Shown here one piece after another: positions 10,663 through 20,822 of a stretch of DNA of 64,000 nt. Position numbers and translations under genes: made by a program. Every line of letters starts with the position of its first letter. Positions within the stretch are counted from its first letter, which is position 1. The notes under the pieces are model-generated. The model was not told the DNA's origin. It did not search any database and saw only the letters and a list, made by a program, of their open reading frames with translations. The DNA is from Prasinococcaceae sp. CCMP 1430. Taxonomy: Eukaryota; Plantae; Prasinodermophyta. The stretch spans positions 1 to 64,000 of the forward strand of contig RQSC01000308.1 in the NCBI GenBank assembly GCA_013416795.1, in the 5' to 3' direction.

Positions 10663-13600
10663 TCAAGCGCCCCGCTGCTCGCGGTACTCCTGGATTTTGC
10701 GCTTGCGCCTGCCGGCCTTCTTCTCCGCGCGCCTGACCTTGCGGCGCGCGTCCGCCTGCGGGTCCAGCAGCGCGCCGAGTGCTCGCTTGCGCTTGCGCGC
10801 GGCCGCGGCGGCCTTCTTGCTGGCGCGCAGACCCGTCACCGCGTCGACGAATGCCTCCGAGCCAAGCACCTCCTGCAGCAGCGACTCCACCTCGCTGCTG
10901 AGCGAGCCAAGCACCTTGGCGAGCGCGGCGGAGGTGTTGTTTGCCGCCTCATATTCAGCCGCCTCCGCAGCCTCCTCCTCGGCCTCCTCGAAGACCTTGA
11001 GCGAGCGCTCCTTGTTCTTCTTGAAGCTGCGCTTGGCGATTTCTGCGGCCTCCTTTTCGGTGGCCGCCTTGGCAACGGTGCGCCCGCGCATGACGGGCTT
11101 GAGCAGGAGCTGCGCATTGGGCACGAGCGCCTCACGGTCCAGCGTGGCGGCCACTCCGGCGACTACCTCGAGCGCGTAGCGCACCTGCAAGTCTGCACCC
11201 TGCGCGGCCAGTCGAGCCACACGAGCCAGCATCCAGCCGAGCGCTGCGCCCACCGCACCGCCCGCGGCGGCCGCGGCAGCGCGCCCCTCATCCTCCTCCA
11301 CGTCCTCATCCTCGACCATCTCCTGCTCTTCGTACGCGTCGCCCTCGCCGTCGGCGACCGCGCCGAACATGGCGTCAGCTGCCACGGCTGGCGTTTCGTG
11401 CAGCAGCCTGGCGAGCGCGATCAGGTTCTTGACACCCTGCTCCGCCAGAGTGCCGCCCTCGACGTCCGTGGACACAGCGCGCAGCTGCGCGTCTGCGAGC
11501 GCGCGCAGCCGCGAGCACGGCGCGCTCCACGCGGCGGAGCGCAGGCGCAAGCCCAGCACGCGCGAGGCCGCCGAGCGCACCCATGTGTGCTGGTGCAGCA
11601 GCAAGCACGGAGCGCACGCGTCCGACCACAACGCCTCGCCCTGCGGAAGCGCCATGGTGCCCGCCGAGCGCGACACGAGCTTCTCCACCAGCAGCAGCGA
11701 AACGTACGCCTCCCGCCACCGTTCGGCGGCCGCGCCGTCGGCTGGCGACATGACGCGCTGCTCAGCCTCCTCGAGGATGGGTCGCAGCGACCTGCGCAGC
11801 GAGTCGACCGTCGGTTTGCTGTTCGACTCGAACATCTCTTGCGAGGCATCTGCAGCCAGGCTGAGAACCTGCATGCCAACGCAGCGAAGCTGCCAGTTGT
11901 CGCTGCCCATCAGCGAGCGCACGGCGGCGCCCAGAGAAGCGCGGCTGGCTGCGCTCGCGCGCGCGAGCATCACCCGCAGCGCAGCGCCAGAGGCGGCACG
12001 CGCGGCAGCGTCGGGGTCCTCGGTGAGGCGCTGCGCGAGCGGCGGCATCATCGCGGGAACCATCTCATCGAGCAGCTCTTGTGGCAACTGACCGGCCACA
12101 CCCTCCAGCGCGCGCGCAGCCGCCACCCTGCCCGTCGGATGCTCGTAGGTGAGGTTGACGAGCAGGAACTCAACGTGCTGGCGCAAGCGCTTGGGCCCAA
12201 GAGGATACTCGAGCAGGAACTGGATGAGCGCGCCGTGGCTCTGCTGGCGCACGCTTGCGTGCTGGCTCTTCACCAGCAGCTCTTGCACGCGTCCCATGAT
12301 GTCGTACACGCTGTCAATGACAACGCGCCGCCCAAGGATCACCCGCAGCAGGCGGAAGGTGGTCGCCTGCGTGGAAGAGTCCTCGATGTCGGTGAAGGAG
12401 CTCTCAAGCAGCGCGCGCAGTTGCGTGTCCGTGGCGTCCCAGCCGCAGTTGGTGTGAAGCAGCGACGTGAGGAGCTTGATGCACTCCTGAGAGAGCGCCG
12501 AAGTCGCCGAAACCCCGCCGCGCAAGAGTGACAACGAGCGCCGTGCAAGCTCCTGCGTATGCCCACGCAGGGTGGGCAGCGGGTAGCGGCACATGATTGC
12601 CAGACACTTGAGCGCCAACGTCACGACCGCGGTCGAGTGCTGCCGCATGCAGCGCGCGAGGACCGGCACGAATGGCGCGAGCAGTTCAAGGCGCGTGGGC
12701 TCCACATCGACCGTGGCCTCCTGCTCGCCGTCTTCTCCGCCGGCCGGCTCGCCAGCAGGAGTGCCTTCGACGCCAGTGCCCTCGTCCGCAGCGTCGGTCG
12801 CCCCCGCGCCGGCGGCGGGCCCAGCCGCGCCAGCTCGTGCACCGCCGCCTCCATGGTTCCGGCCGCGCCCCCCGCCGGTGCCGTGCTTGAGAAAGGTAAG
12901 CAGCATCTGGAGCGCGAACTCGGCTAGCATGGCTTCACCGCTGTTTTTCTTGCCCAGGACGGCGAGGCGTTGCTGCTCGCGCGGCGCCACGCGGCCCTCG
13001 CCGCCTGCTGAAGCGGCAGGCGCATGCGCGTCGAGCAGCGAGTGCACGAGCAGCAGCAGCTCCTGCGGGCTAGCAGTGCGGTTGGCCAAGAAGCCGCGCG
13101 CGAGAGCGCGCAGCATCTCCGCCACGCGCTCGCGCACGCGCGGCGATGTCGAACTCGGCACATAGGACGCGACGGCATCGACCAGACTGGACACAACCGC
13201 TGCGTCCGCACTGAAGTGCACGGAGCGCGCAAGGATGGCCAGCGAGTCGTACGAGCAACACTTGCGCGCCTCCTTGCCTTTTGAGGCGATTTTGCCCACC
13301 TTGCGCTCCTCCGCGGCCAAGCCCATCACGTCCTCGGCAAGGATGGGAACGAGTGGGTCCACACTGCTGTCCAGGTCACCAGGAGCAGTGCTCGGGTCTG
13401 CCGCGACGCGCTCGAGGATGGCGTGCAGCGTGTAGCCGAGCACGTGCAGCTGGTAACCCTTGCGCAGGCTCGTGCACAGCGCAGCGATGATCTGCGGCAT
13501 CTCTCGCGCGCCCACAACCCGCGCGACCCCGATCAGCGCCTCGCGCGCGCTGTCGCGGACGTCAGGCCCGTGGCTCGCGAGCGCATTGGAGGTGGTCTGG

Positions 13601-16600
13601 ATGGCCGCCGCGCGCACGTGTGTGAGCTTGTCGGCCTCCTCAGGCAGCGCCTGCACCACGCGAACGATGGCCATCACTATCGGAGCGCGCACCACACCGC
13701 CCTTGACGTCGTTGATGATGAGCGCCTGCAGACCCGGCAGCACGCCGCGCATGAGACCGGCGGCAATGGCGCCGCGCGGCGTGCCGCACGGCGGCGCCGC
13801 GAGCGGGTAGGCGCTGACGAGTGTCGCCACCGCGCCGACCTGCGCCGCGTCGCGCCTGCTCTTGCCGCCCCGGACGCCCCTCACCAATCGCATGAGCAGA
13901 GTGTGGAATCGCCCCCAGTGCATGCGCCCACACACAGCGCTCAGCGCAGCCACGGCAGCGGCCTTCATGTTGCCGTCCGAGCCGCTCTGCGAGTCTGACA
14001 GGATGCGCGCGCACATGGGCGCCCATAGCCCCGACAGCACGCCCTGCGAAAAGGTCGTCGTGTCCACGTTGCCCCCCTCGACGCCCTCGGACGCGGCGGC
14101 TTGCTGTTGCCTCGCGAGGGCTGTTTCGCCCTCGGCCATACCGCGGCACTCAGCTGCCAGCCGGTGCAGCGCTCGCACGCGCCTGTGTTGTTGCAGGTGG
14201 ACCATATTCAGAAAGAAATCCACCTCCTCATCGTCGCTCAGCAGGCAACGGAGCTGCGTGAATGGAGCGTACGGCAGCTCGAGCGCGCACAGGCGGAGCA
14301 GCGACAGGAACTCATTCTGTGCCTGTGGCGAACCTTTGCGAACAGCGTCCATAGCCGACGGCAGCACCGACGCGAGCATGACACTGTGTAGCGAGCGCCC
14401 AGCGACCGACGCGCTAGCGTTGCCATCAGCATTACCACCGACGTCCTCGCCCACACCATTCGCATCCTCCATGTCAGCGTTTTGACCTACGATTGCGTGA
14501 CCCTCGGGATCGGCAGCACACGCGTCTTCCACGCCTTGAGATGCACCGGCAGCCTTCACGAGCTCCGCCAGCGACGCGCTAGCACTCGCACGGACGGCCG
14601 TGTCGTTGGAGTTGAGGTCGAAGCACGCCTGGTGTGCGAGAGGCAGGACCGCCGCTGGCGCGAGCGAGGCGTATAGCTTGGTGTCCATTTTGCGGTACGC
14701 GCCGATGCGTGCGTCGTAGTCGGGCTCGTCGTCGATGCTTTCGGCGTCGTATGCATTCAGCGCTGCCAGCAGCTCACTGGCCGAGCGCAAGTCAGCGCCC
14801 GCTGCCGGCAGGCACGAGGCGCCGTCGAGCGCCGCCGCGAGCGCCGTGCGGCCCGCACGGTCGGAAATCATTGCAAGCAGGCGACACATGGGCGGCATGA
14901 CGTCGCGCAGGAGATCAGCCCCTGCGTTGGCATCAGCGTCTGAGCCCTTCGCGTGCTCGGCGCTTCGTTTGCACGCGGCAGCGACAACGTTGAGTGCTTC
15001 ACGCACGGTGGCAGAGCCAGCGGCACGCGCGGTCTTGCCAGCGGCCTGAAGTAGCGGCACAGCGGCGCATGCTGTTGCGGCGACATGCTCCGCAGGCATG
15101 CGCGCCGCGAGCGACGCGAGCACGGCGAGCTCACGCACGTACGCCTGGTCGCCACCTCGGCGCGACGCGTGTGCATTGTGCCCACCCGTGCTACTGTTGA
15201 CTGCCGCAGCCGCGCTGAGCCGCGTGCGTAGCTGATCAAGCAGCTGCGATAGCACAGGCTGCAGAAGCTCCGCGCCGAGCTCGCCACCGTCGTGCTCGAG
15301 CAACGCCTCAATGACTGCCAATGCCTCATCCTCGATGAACGCCTTCGAACGCGCCACGTTCACTCCACCCCTCCCTCCAGAAACCTTGCTACCATTGAGG
15401 TGCAAACAGTCTACAATGCGCGGGAGGACGTCCGCACCCTCGGACGCGCCAATGGTCAGGTGCCGCACAAGAGTTGGGTCGGCTGCCAGTGCCGCTGCCA
15501 GCTCAATGACTGGCGGGCACTGCGATCCCTCACCCGCCGCCGCGGTGGCGTCTATCGGCAGACGCACGATGGCATCTCCTGCCGCCGCGAGCAGTGAGTC
15601 GAGGAGCAGCGGCGAGAGCATCTGGGGTTGACGGCGAGCGACGAGCGCCACCAGGCGTAGACACGCCGCGCGACACGCGCGGATCGTTGGCCCGCCGCCG
15701 GCCATCGCAGGCGATGCCAGCTCCTGGTAGCAGCGCACCACAATTGCCATTAGGGCTTCTGTGTACCTCAGTAAGCCCATGCTGAGTGAGTCAAGCAGCG
15801 TGTTCATGAGTCCCAGCGTGCCCAGCAGGCGCTTGGGCTGCACAGCGCCCACCAGCTGAGCGCCCTGCAGCCCCTCAACGAAGGTGTCCCCGGCGTCGAC
15901 GAGCGTAAGCGCCCACGCCTCCCCCATCGCGCGTTGTGGCAGCGATTCGCGCGCCGCCTCGCCGCCAGTGCGCGCGAATGCCGCCGCGAATGGGCGAAGC
16001 AGCAACACCATCACGGGGAGCAGCTCCTCCGTGGAGAGTGAGCTGAAGGCGGTCAGCACGGCGGGCCTCGCCGTGCGCGCGCTCTTCTTCTTTCCCGATC
16101 CTCGGCCGCCCTGCTTGAGCCTCGGCCACATGGCGCGCACGAGCAACACGAGCAGGCAGGCGCGGTCGCTGTCCTCGATGGCACCGCCGCTCGCTCGTCG
16201 CTCGAGTGAGAAGCGCACGAGTTCTTCACGGATACTCGTCGGGTAGAGCATCTTGCGCACGTGCTCGGCGTACGGCACGAGCTCTGGGATCTCAAAGCGT
16301 CCCAAGGCGCCGAGCGCAAGCTCCTGCATCTTTGGCTCGTTGTCGCTCAGCAGCTCCTCCAGCGTGGCGCGGATGGCGCCCGCACGAGCGCTGCTACGCA
16401 ATTTCTTCAGACCACCGATGACGCGCAGCCATTCGCCGAGGCACTCACGCCAGCCACGTGCCGAATATGAGCGCAGGCGTGGCACCTGGCCGCCGTCTGC
16501 GCTGTCGCCAACTACGAACACCAGGAAGAGTTCGGGGATGCGCAGGCCGACCTTCGTCTCCTTGTCATCCTTGACGTTCAGTGACCGTGAGCCCACGATC

Positions 16601-19227
16601 TTGAGAAGCTGCACGACGTGTTTGGGTCCGCACACTGGCGCGTCGAGCTCGCCGCCATTAGCGCCTTCGCGCTCTGCCGCCAAATACAGCTCCTCGCTGC
16701 GCTCCCAAATGCTGGGTGGCAGCTGCTGCTCGACGCCTGCGGGCACAAGCTCCAATTCGTCGGCCTCGTGCTCCCTCTCCCCATCATCGCCCTCGCCATC
16801 CAGCGCGTCGAGTGCCGTGTCGCCAATGAGCTGCACATCGCCAGCGGGTTGACTCCCCTCCCCACCTTCGAGCTCCATCGCAGGAGCCGCGTCAGCGTCG
16901 TCCTCGATGTCCTCGAGCTCCTCACCAACGATGCCTTCTTGCATGAGGTCTGTCTGAGCGCGTTCGAGCTCATCCACAAGCGCCTCCCACCCAGCCGCAG
17001 GGCGCTTGTCGAGCAACGCCTCGTACGAAGTGGCCACTGTCGCCCACATGGGCGAGTAGCGCTGACGCAGCGCTCCTAGCATGAGGGCCGCAAGCGCCGC
17101 CGACAGCGTTTTCGGCAGCCGCCCCGAATTGACGCGTAGTGCCGAGCGTGACACCATTGGCGTGCGCTCGCGCCCGTTGGTAGGCGTCAGCGGGCTGCTA
17201 AACACCTCGAGCCAGTCCTCCAGAAGCGTGGTGTCGTGCGTGTCGTCGCCAGAGTCAGGCTGCTCGAACACACAAAGCGTACGCAGGGTCGCGCGACGCA
17301 GCGGCGCGCAGCCGCTCCGCAGATTGGAGAGCACCCCCGGCAGCCGTCTGCTGAACTCCTTCAGAGTAGTGGCAGCTGCGAGCTTCTTCGAGCCATCACG
17401 CCCCCCGACGCTCTCCGCGGCCATCGCAGAGAGCTCAAACGCGAAGGGGCAGTCGCCACGCCTGAATGCGAGCTCGATGAGGTCCACAACAATTGACTGG
17501 TGCGTGAGCTCCTTCAGGTCGAGATCTTTGGCAGCGTGTGCGATTGCCTCGTAACCCGTCTGAAGCAGCAAGCCAGCGGACGGCTCCTGATGCAGTTGAG
17601 CGAGCGCATCGGCCGTGCCGCGAATGAGCGCGCACAAGCGTTTTCGTTGCGTGTCACTGGTGACAACCCCGCGCCTCGTGAGCAGTGGCAGCGCGCGAAG
17701 TGCAGCCCATGCCCGCGCCTTGCTCGCAGAGTCACTGAAGGCTTGCGTGGGCGCTGCGTTGAGAGCAGCCACCCTCTGCTCGACGCATGCAGCGGCAACC
17801 TTGGGGAGTGGCAGGCCGCCTAGTCCGAAGTCGCGGTGCATGGCATTTGTGAGCGCAAGAAGCGCGTCCTCAGACCCCTCAGCACCGAGCTCCAACAGCC
17901 GTGTCACCAACTCGATAGCGAGCGGGCCGCTCGAGCGCAGCGCGGCGGCGTCCTGCAGACCGAGGAGTGCGATGGCGACGGGCTCGAGCGCTGCGGGGCC
18001 ACACCTCAGCAGCGGCTGTTTCCAGCGGGACGCCACATGAGCGGCGGCGAGCAGGACGGGCTGCGCGGGTGCGGCTGCTTGGCTAGCGCCGAGGCAAGCG
18101 CGCGCGAGGCGCGCGCACGCGGCCTCGAGCACCCCTGCGCCCTCCAAGCCCGCCTCCGCCATCGAGGCCGCACGCTGTAGCGCTTCGTCGCCCAGCTTGA
18201 GGAACGGCGCCAGGTCGTGACAGCGGACGCCGCGGTTGAACTCGAGGGCGGTGGCGGCAAACGCCACACACGACGCAGCGTACGTTGCCTCGCCGGAGGC
18301 ATCCGCCAAAGACGCCCTGGCGGCGTCCACCACCGCAACCCACAGCGGCGCGCCCGCCTTGGGGCTGATGCGCAGCCGCGCGAGAGCGCGCTCGGCGGCG
18401 GCGGCCATCGCCTCGCCACTCCTGCCCATGCCGCACACCTTGGGTCCCAGGAGCACGCGCACAAGCGCGGGCGCGCGGCTGTGTAGGCCTTGCTGCACGC
18501 CCGCCATAGCTTCGCTCACCAGCGCGCCAGCTGCATCGGCCTCAAGCTGCCCCCCCTTGCGACACTCCTTTCGCAACGAGTGTAGCGCTGCAGCGAGCTG
18601 CTCCTGCGGCGCCGAACGCACGAGGAACGCGAGCGCTCCCGCCGCAAACATGCGAATTTCCACGCGGGGATGGAGGCGCAGCGGCGCAGCCGCGCCGATG
18701 ACATCGGCCAGCATGCGCGTGAGCCACCGCCGCAGGTACTTGAACACGAAGCTCAAAGCGGTGAAGGCCGCCTCGACGGCACGCGGGTCTGCGGCCGTCT
18801 CCGAGACGTTGGGCCCACGGCGGTCCGCGACGAGCTCACCGCAGCGCGCGAGCATCGCCGGCACGTGCGGCACGAAGTCGGACTGCAGGTCACGCGCGAG
18901 CATGGCCAGCAGGCTCAGCGCCGGCTCGGGGCACGCGCCCTCATCGGCCTCCGATGCGGGCACACGCACGCGCGCGAGCAGGTCCTCGGCTATCGCATCT
19001 CTGTGGTGCACCACCGACGGGAGCGTGCGGCAGCGTGGCAGCAGCTCGTCGGCGAGCGCCTTGTACGCGGCGCTCACATCGAGCTCTTCCCACTGCGCCA
19101 GTCCCTCCTGTATGAAGCTCTCCGCGCCGTGAGCCGGCTCGTCCCGCACCGGCCCCAGCCGGCGGTACACGTCGACCTCGACGGTGCGTAGCCGCGCCGC
19201 GAACGAGCGGTGGCGGAAGCGGCGCAC
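10663..19227 (-). CDS. UTP20: U3 snoRNP/SSU processome HEAT-repeat protein UTP20; initiator ATG unresolved
   Basis: 2854-aa ORF. N-terminal RRFRHRSFAARLRTVEV, then FFLNMVHLQQHRRVRAL, LRKGYQLHVLGYTLH, FLLEYPLG..LRQHVEFLLVNLTYEHPTGR, and a basic C-terminus with RRK. Confidence 0.92.
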   Translation of the reverse strand: MRRFRHRSFAARLRTVEVDVYRRLGPVRDEPAHGAESFIQEGLAQWEELDVSAAYKALADELLPRCRTLPSVVHHRDAIAEDLLARVRVPASEADEGACPEPALSLLAMLARDLQSDFVPHVPAMLARCGELVADRRGPNVSETAADPRAVEAAFTALSFVFKYLRRWLTRMLADVIGAAAPLRLHPRVEIRMFAAGALAFLVRSAPQEQLAAALHSLRKECRKGGQLEADAAGALVSEAMAGVQQGLHSRAPALVRVLLGPKVCGMGRSGEAMAAAAERALARLRISPKAGAPLWVAVVDAARASLADASGEATYAASCVAFAATALEFNRGVRCHDLAPFLKLGDEALQRAASMAEAGLEGAGVLEAACARLARACLGASQAAAPAQPVLLAAAHVASRWKQPLLRCGPAALEPVAIALLGLQDAAALRSSGPLAIELVTRLLELGAEGSEDALLALTNAMHRDFGLGGLPLPKVAAACVEQRVAALNAAPTQAFSDSASKARAWAALRALPLLTRRGVVTSDTQRKRLCALIRGTADALAQLHQEPSAGLLLQTGYEAIAHAAKDLDLKELTHQSIVVDLIELAFRRGDCPFAFELSAMAAESVGGRDGSKKLAAATTLKEFSRRLPGVLSNLRSGCAPLRRATLRTLCVFEQPDSGDDTHDTTLLEDWLEVFSSPLTPTNGRERTPMVSRSALRVNSGRLPKTLSAALAALMLGALRQRYSPMWATVATSYEALLDKRPAAGWEALVDELERAQTDLMQEGIVGEELEDIEDDADAAPAMELEGGEGSQPAGDVQLIGDTALDALDGEGDDGEREHEADELELVPAGVEQQLPPSIWERSEELYLAAEREGANGGELDAPVCGPKHVVQLLKIVGSRSLNVKDDKETKVGLRIPELFLVFVVGDSADGGQVPRLRSYSARGWRECLGEWLRVIGGLKKLRSSARAGAIRATLEELLSDNEPKMQELALGALGRFEIPELVPYAEHVRKMLYPTSIREELVRFSLERRASGGAIEDSDRACLLVLLVRAMWPRLKQGGRGSGKKKSARTARPAVLTAFSSLSTEELLPVMVLLLRPFAAAFARTGGEAARESLPQRAMGEAWALTLVDAGDTFVEGLQGAQLVGAVQPKRLLGTLGLMNTLLDSLSMGLLRYTEALMAIVVRCYQELASPAMAGGGPTIRACRAACLRLVALVARRQPQMLSPLLLDSLLAAAGDAIVRLPIDATAAAGEGSQCPPVIELAAALAADPTLVRHLTIGASEGADVLPRIVDCLHLNGSKVSGGRGGVNVARSKAFIEDEALAVIEALLEHDGGELGAELLQPVLSQLLDQLRTRLSAAAAVNSSTGGHNAHASRRGGDQAYVRELAVLASLAARMPAEHVAATACAAVPLLQAAGKTARAAGSATVREALNVVAAACKRSAEHAKGSDADANAGADLLRDVMPPMCRLLAMISDRAGRTALAAALDGASCLPAAGADLRSASELLAALNAYDAESIDDEPDYDARIGAYRKMDTKLYASLAPAAVLPLAHQACFDLNSNDTAVRASASASLAELVKAAGASQGVEDACAADPEGHAIVGQNADMEDANGVGEDVGGNADGNASASVAGRSLHSVMLASVLPSAMDAVRKGSPQAQNEFLSLLRLCALELPYAPFTQLRCLLSDDEEVDFFLNMVHLQQHRRVRALHRLAAECRGMAEGETALARQQQAAASEGVEGGNVDTTTFSQGVLSGLWAPMCARILSDSQSGSDGNMKAAAVAALSAVCGRMHWGRFHTLLMRLVRGVRGGKSRRDAAQVGAVATLVSAYPLAAPPCGTPRGAIAAGLMRGVLPGLQALIINDVKGGVVRAPIVMAIVRVVQALPEEADKLTHVRAAAIQTTSNALASHGPDVRDSAREALIGVARVVGAREMPQIIAALCTSLRKGYQLHVLGYTLHAILERVAADPSTAPGDLDSSVDPLVPILAEDVMGLAAEERKVGKIASKGKEARKCCSYDSLAILARSVHFSADAAVVSSLVDAVASYVPSSTSPRVRERVAEMLRALARGFLANRTASPQELLLLVHSLLDAHAPAASAGGEGRVAPREQQRLAVLGKKNSGEAMLAEFALQMLLTFLKHGTGGGRGRNHGGGGARAGAAGPAAGAGATDAADEGTGVEGTPAGEPAGGEDGEQEATVDVEPTRLELLAPFVPVLARCMRQHSTAVVTLALKCLAIMCRYPLPTLRGHTQELARRSLSLLRGGVSATSALSQECIKLLTSLLHTNCGWDATDTQLRALLESSFTDIEDSSTQATTFRLLRVILGRRVVIDSVYDIMGRVQELLVKSQHASVRQQSHGALIQFLLEYPLGPKRLRQHVEFLLVNLTYEHPTGRVAAARALEGVAGQLPQELLDEMVPAMMPPLAQRLTEDPDAAARAASGAALRVMLARASAASRASLGAAVRSLMGSDNWQLRCVGMQVLSLAADASQEMFESNSKPTVDSLRRSLRPILEEAEQRVMSPADGAAAERWREAYVSLLLVEKLVSRSAGTMALPQGEALWSDACAPCLLLHQHTWVRSAASRVLGLRLRSAAWSAPCSRLRALADAQLRAVSTDVEGGTLAEQGVKNLIALARLLHETPAVAADAMFGAVADGEGDAYEEQEMVEDEDVEEDEGRAAAAAAGGAVGAALGWMLARVARLAAQGADLQVRYALEVVAGVAATLDREALVPNAQLLLKPVMRGRTVAKAATEKEAAEIAKRSFKKNKERSLKVFEEAEEEAAEAAEYEAANNTSAALAKVLGSLSSEVESLLQEVLGSEAFVDAVTGLRASKKAAAAARKRKRALGALLDPQADARRKVRRAEKKAGRRKRKIQEYREQRGA

Positions 19228-19765
19228 GCGCGCCCGTGGCGCGCCCGCGGCCAGCGCCGCGTCCGCCTCAGCGCGACCGCGGCCGCGGCTGCGGCCGCTC
19301 GCACCCCCTGCCCTCCCCCCCCCGCTAGCGCAGCAGAGGAGGGTCCTCCCCTCAGAGCCCAGGCCTGCCTCTCTCCTGCTCTCACGGAGGGGCCCCTCTC
19401 CCCCTCCCGCGGCAGGCGCCGCGCCCCCCCGGCGGCGTGGGGTGTGGCGTCGGCGGCTGCGGGCAGCGCCCGGCGGCGGCGGCGGCTATAGCCGCCGCTT
19501 GCCGCCGCCCGCTCGGAACCCACTCGGAACCCGCAACGCAAATGCGGAATCCTAATGGAATCCATAATCACTTGTCACGTCCGTCGCTGCGGCGTAGGCG
19601 CGCCGGCGTGCGGGGATTCCGCCACACCGGCCCATCAAAAAGCGTACGGACACAAAAAAACATTTCGGTGAGAATTTCCACCCAAAAAAGAGTGGGCGCG
19701 CTCCGCTCCCCTTGGAGAACGCCATCACCCTTTTTTTTTGTGCGGGGTCGGCGCGCTTGTCGATG

Positions 19766-19786
19766 TTTTAGGGTTTGACCCTAACC
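19766..19786. promoter_or_regulatory. Telo-box-like pair (TTTAGGGTTT and ACCCTAACC) in the UTP20/CIA2 divergent promoter
   Basis: ttttagggtttgaccctaacc. Telo-boxes are known upstream of ribosome-biogenesis genes in plants. Confidence 0.45.
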
Positions 19787-19973
19787 ATCCGGAGGTGGCG
19801 GCCTTTCGACCTTTGTGCCAACAGGATGGCATTCAAAAGATCGATGGTTGGGTTTGGGTTTTGAGTGTCGCGACGTGGCCGCCACAGCGCGCGCACGCGC
19901 GCGCCTGCGTGAGGAGGGAGGGGGTGAGGGCAGAGGGCGACGAGGAGCGGGCGGCGGCGTTCGTCGGACAGCG

Positions 19974-20718
19974 ATGGCGGACAACCCCAACCCGGTGGTG
20001 CACGCCGTCGTGCGCGCGCGCGACGCGCGCCCCGGCCGCGCGCGGCGCAGGGCGCGGCGGCGGCGACAGCGGAAGCGACAGCGACAGCGAGGGCGACCAC
20101 GAGGTGGGAGGCGGGGGCAGGTGCGCGTGCGCGGGTGCGCGCGGGTGCGTGCGGGTGCGTGGGGGCGCCCGTATGAGGGCGCGCGCGGGCGCGTGCACGT
20201 CACGCTTGCCAGTGGGTGGCCTGTTTTGGTGTCGCGAAACGCATGCCACTCTTCGCACGGACGCAAGTCACTGACCTGCCCTCCCGCGCCCCCGTGCTCC
20301 CGCGGCGACGTCGTTGTGGCACAGGGAGGCCATCACACCGGAGGAACTCTTCAGCTACGTGCGTGACATCCGTGATCCCGAGCACCCGTACTCGCTTGAG
20401 CAGCTTCGAGTGATCACCCAGGACGCGGTGGAGGTCGACGACGACATGGGCCGCTGCCGACTGACGTTCACACCGACGGTCGCTCACTGCTCGATGGCCA
20501 CGCTCATCGGGCTCTGCCTGCGCGTGCGGCTCATGCGCGTCCTGCCCAAGCGATTTAAGGTGGATATTCGCGTGGCGCCCGGCTCGCATTCCACGGAGAT
20601 TGCGGTGAACAAGCAGCTGGGGGACAAGGAACGTGTGGCGGCGGCGCTGGAGAATGACAACCTCCGGGGGATGGCCGAGAAGTGCCTGAGCGGAGACGAT
20701 GACCCCATGGCGCTCTGA
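19974..20718 (+). CDS. CIA2: MIP18/CIA2/AE7 (FAM96) cytosolic Fe-S assembly protein, 2 exons, with an apparent frameshift in a (CG)n run of exon 1
   Basis: MADNPNPVVH N-terminal motif. Exon 2 reads EAITPEELFSYVRDIRDPEHPYSLEQL...FTPTVAHCSMATLIGL...KQLGDKERVAAALEN. Intron 20121-20324. Confidence 0.85.
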
Positions 20719-20822
20719 CGCGCGGCTGCGCGTTCACCAAGCGCGCTTCTGTCTACATATTTGTACATGTACAGGACTTTAATACGATCCAAAGAGTCAG
20801 CGGAGCGCGCGGGTAGCGGCTG

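Noticed and set aside
10483-19191. Many long plus-strand ORFs opposite UTP20, and similar ones opposite MRS2, PDHA, the permease and CrtI
   Set aside because: Stop-poor antisense frames are expected at this GC and codon bias. They are R/A/G-rich with no motifs.
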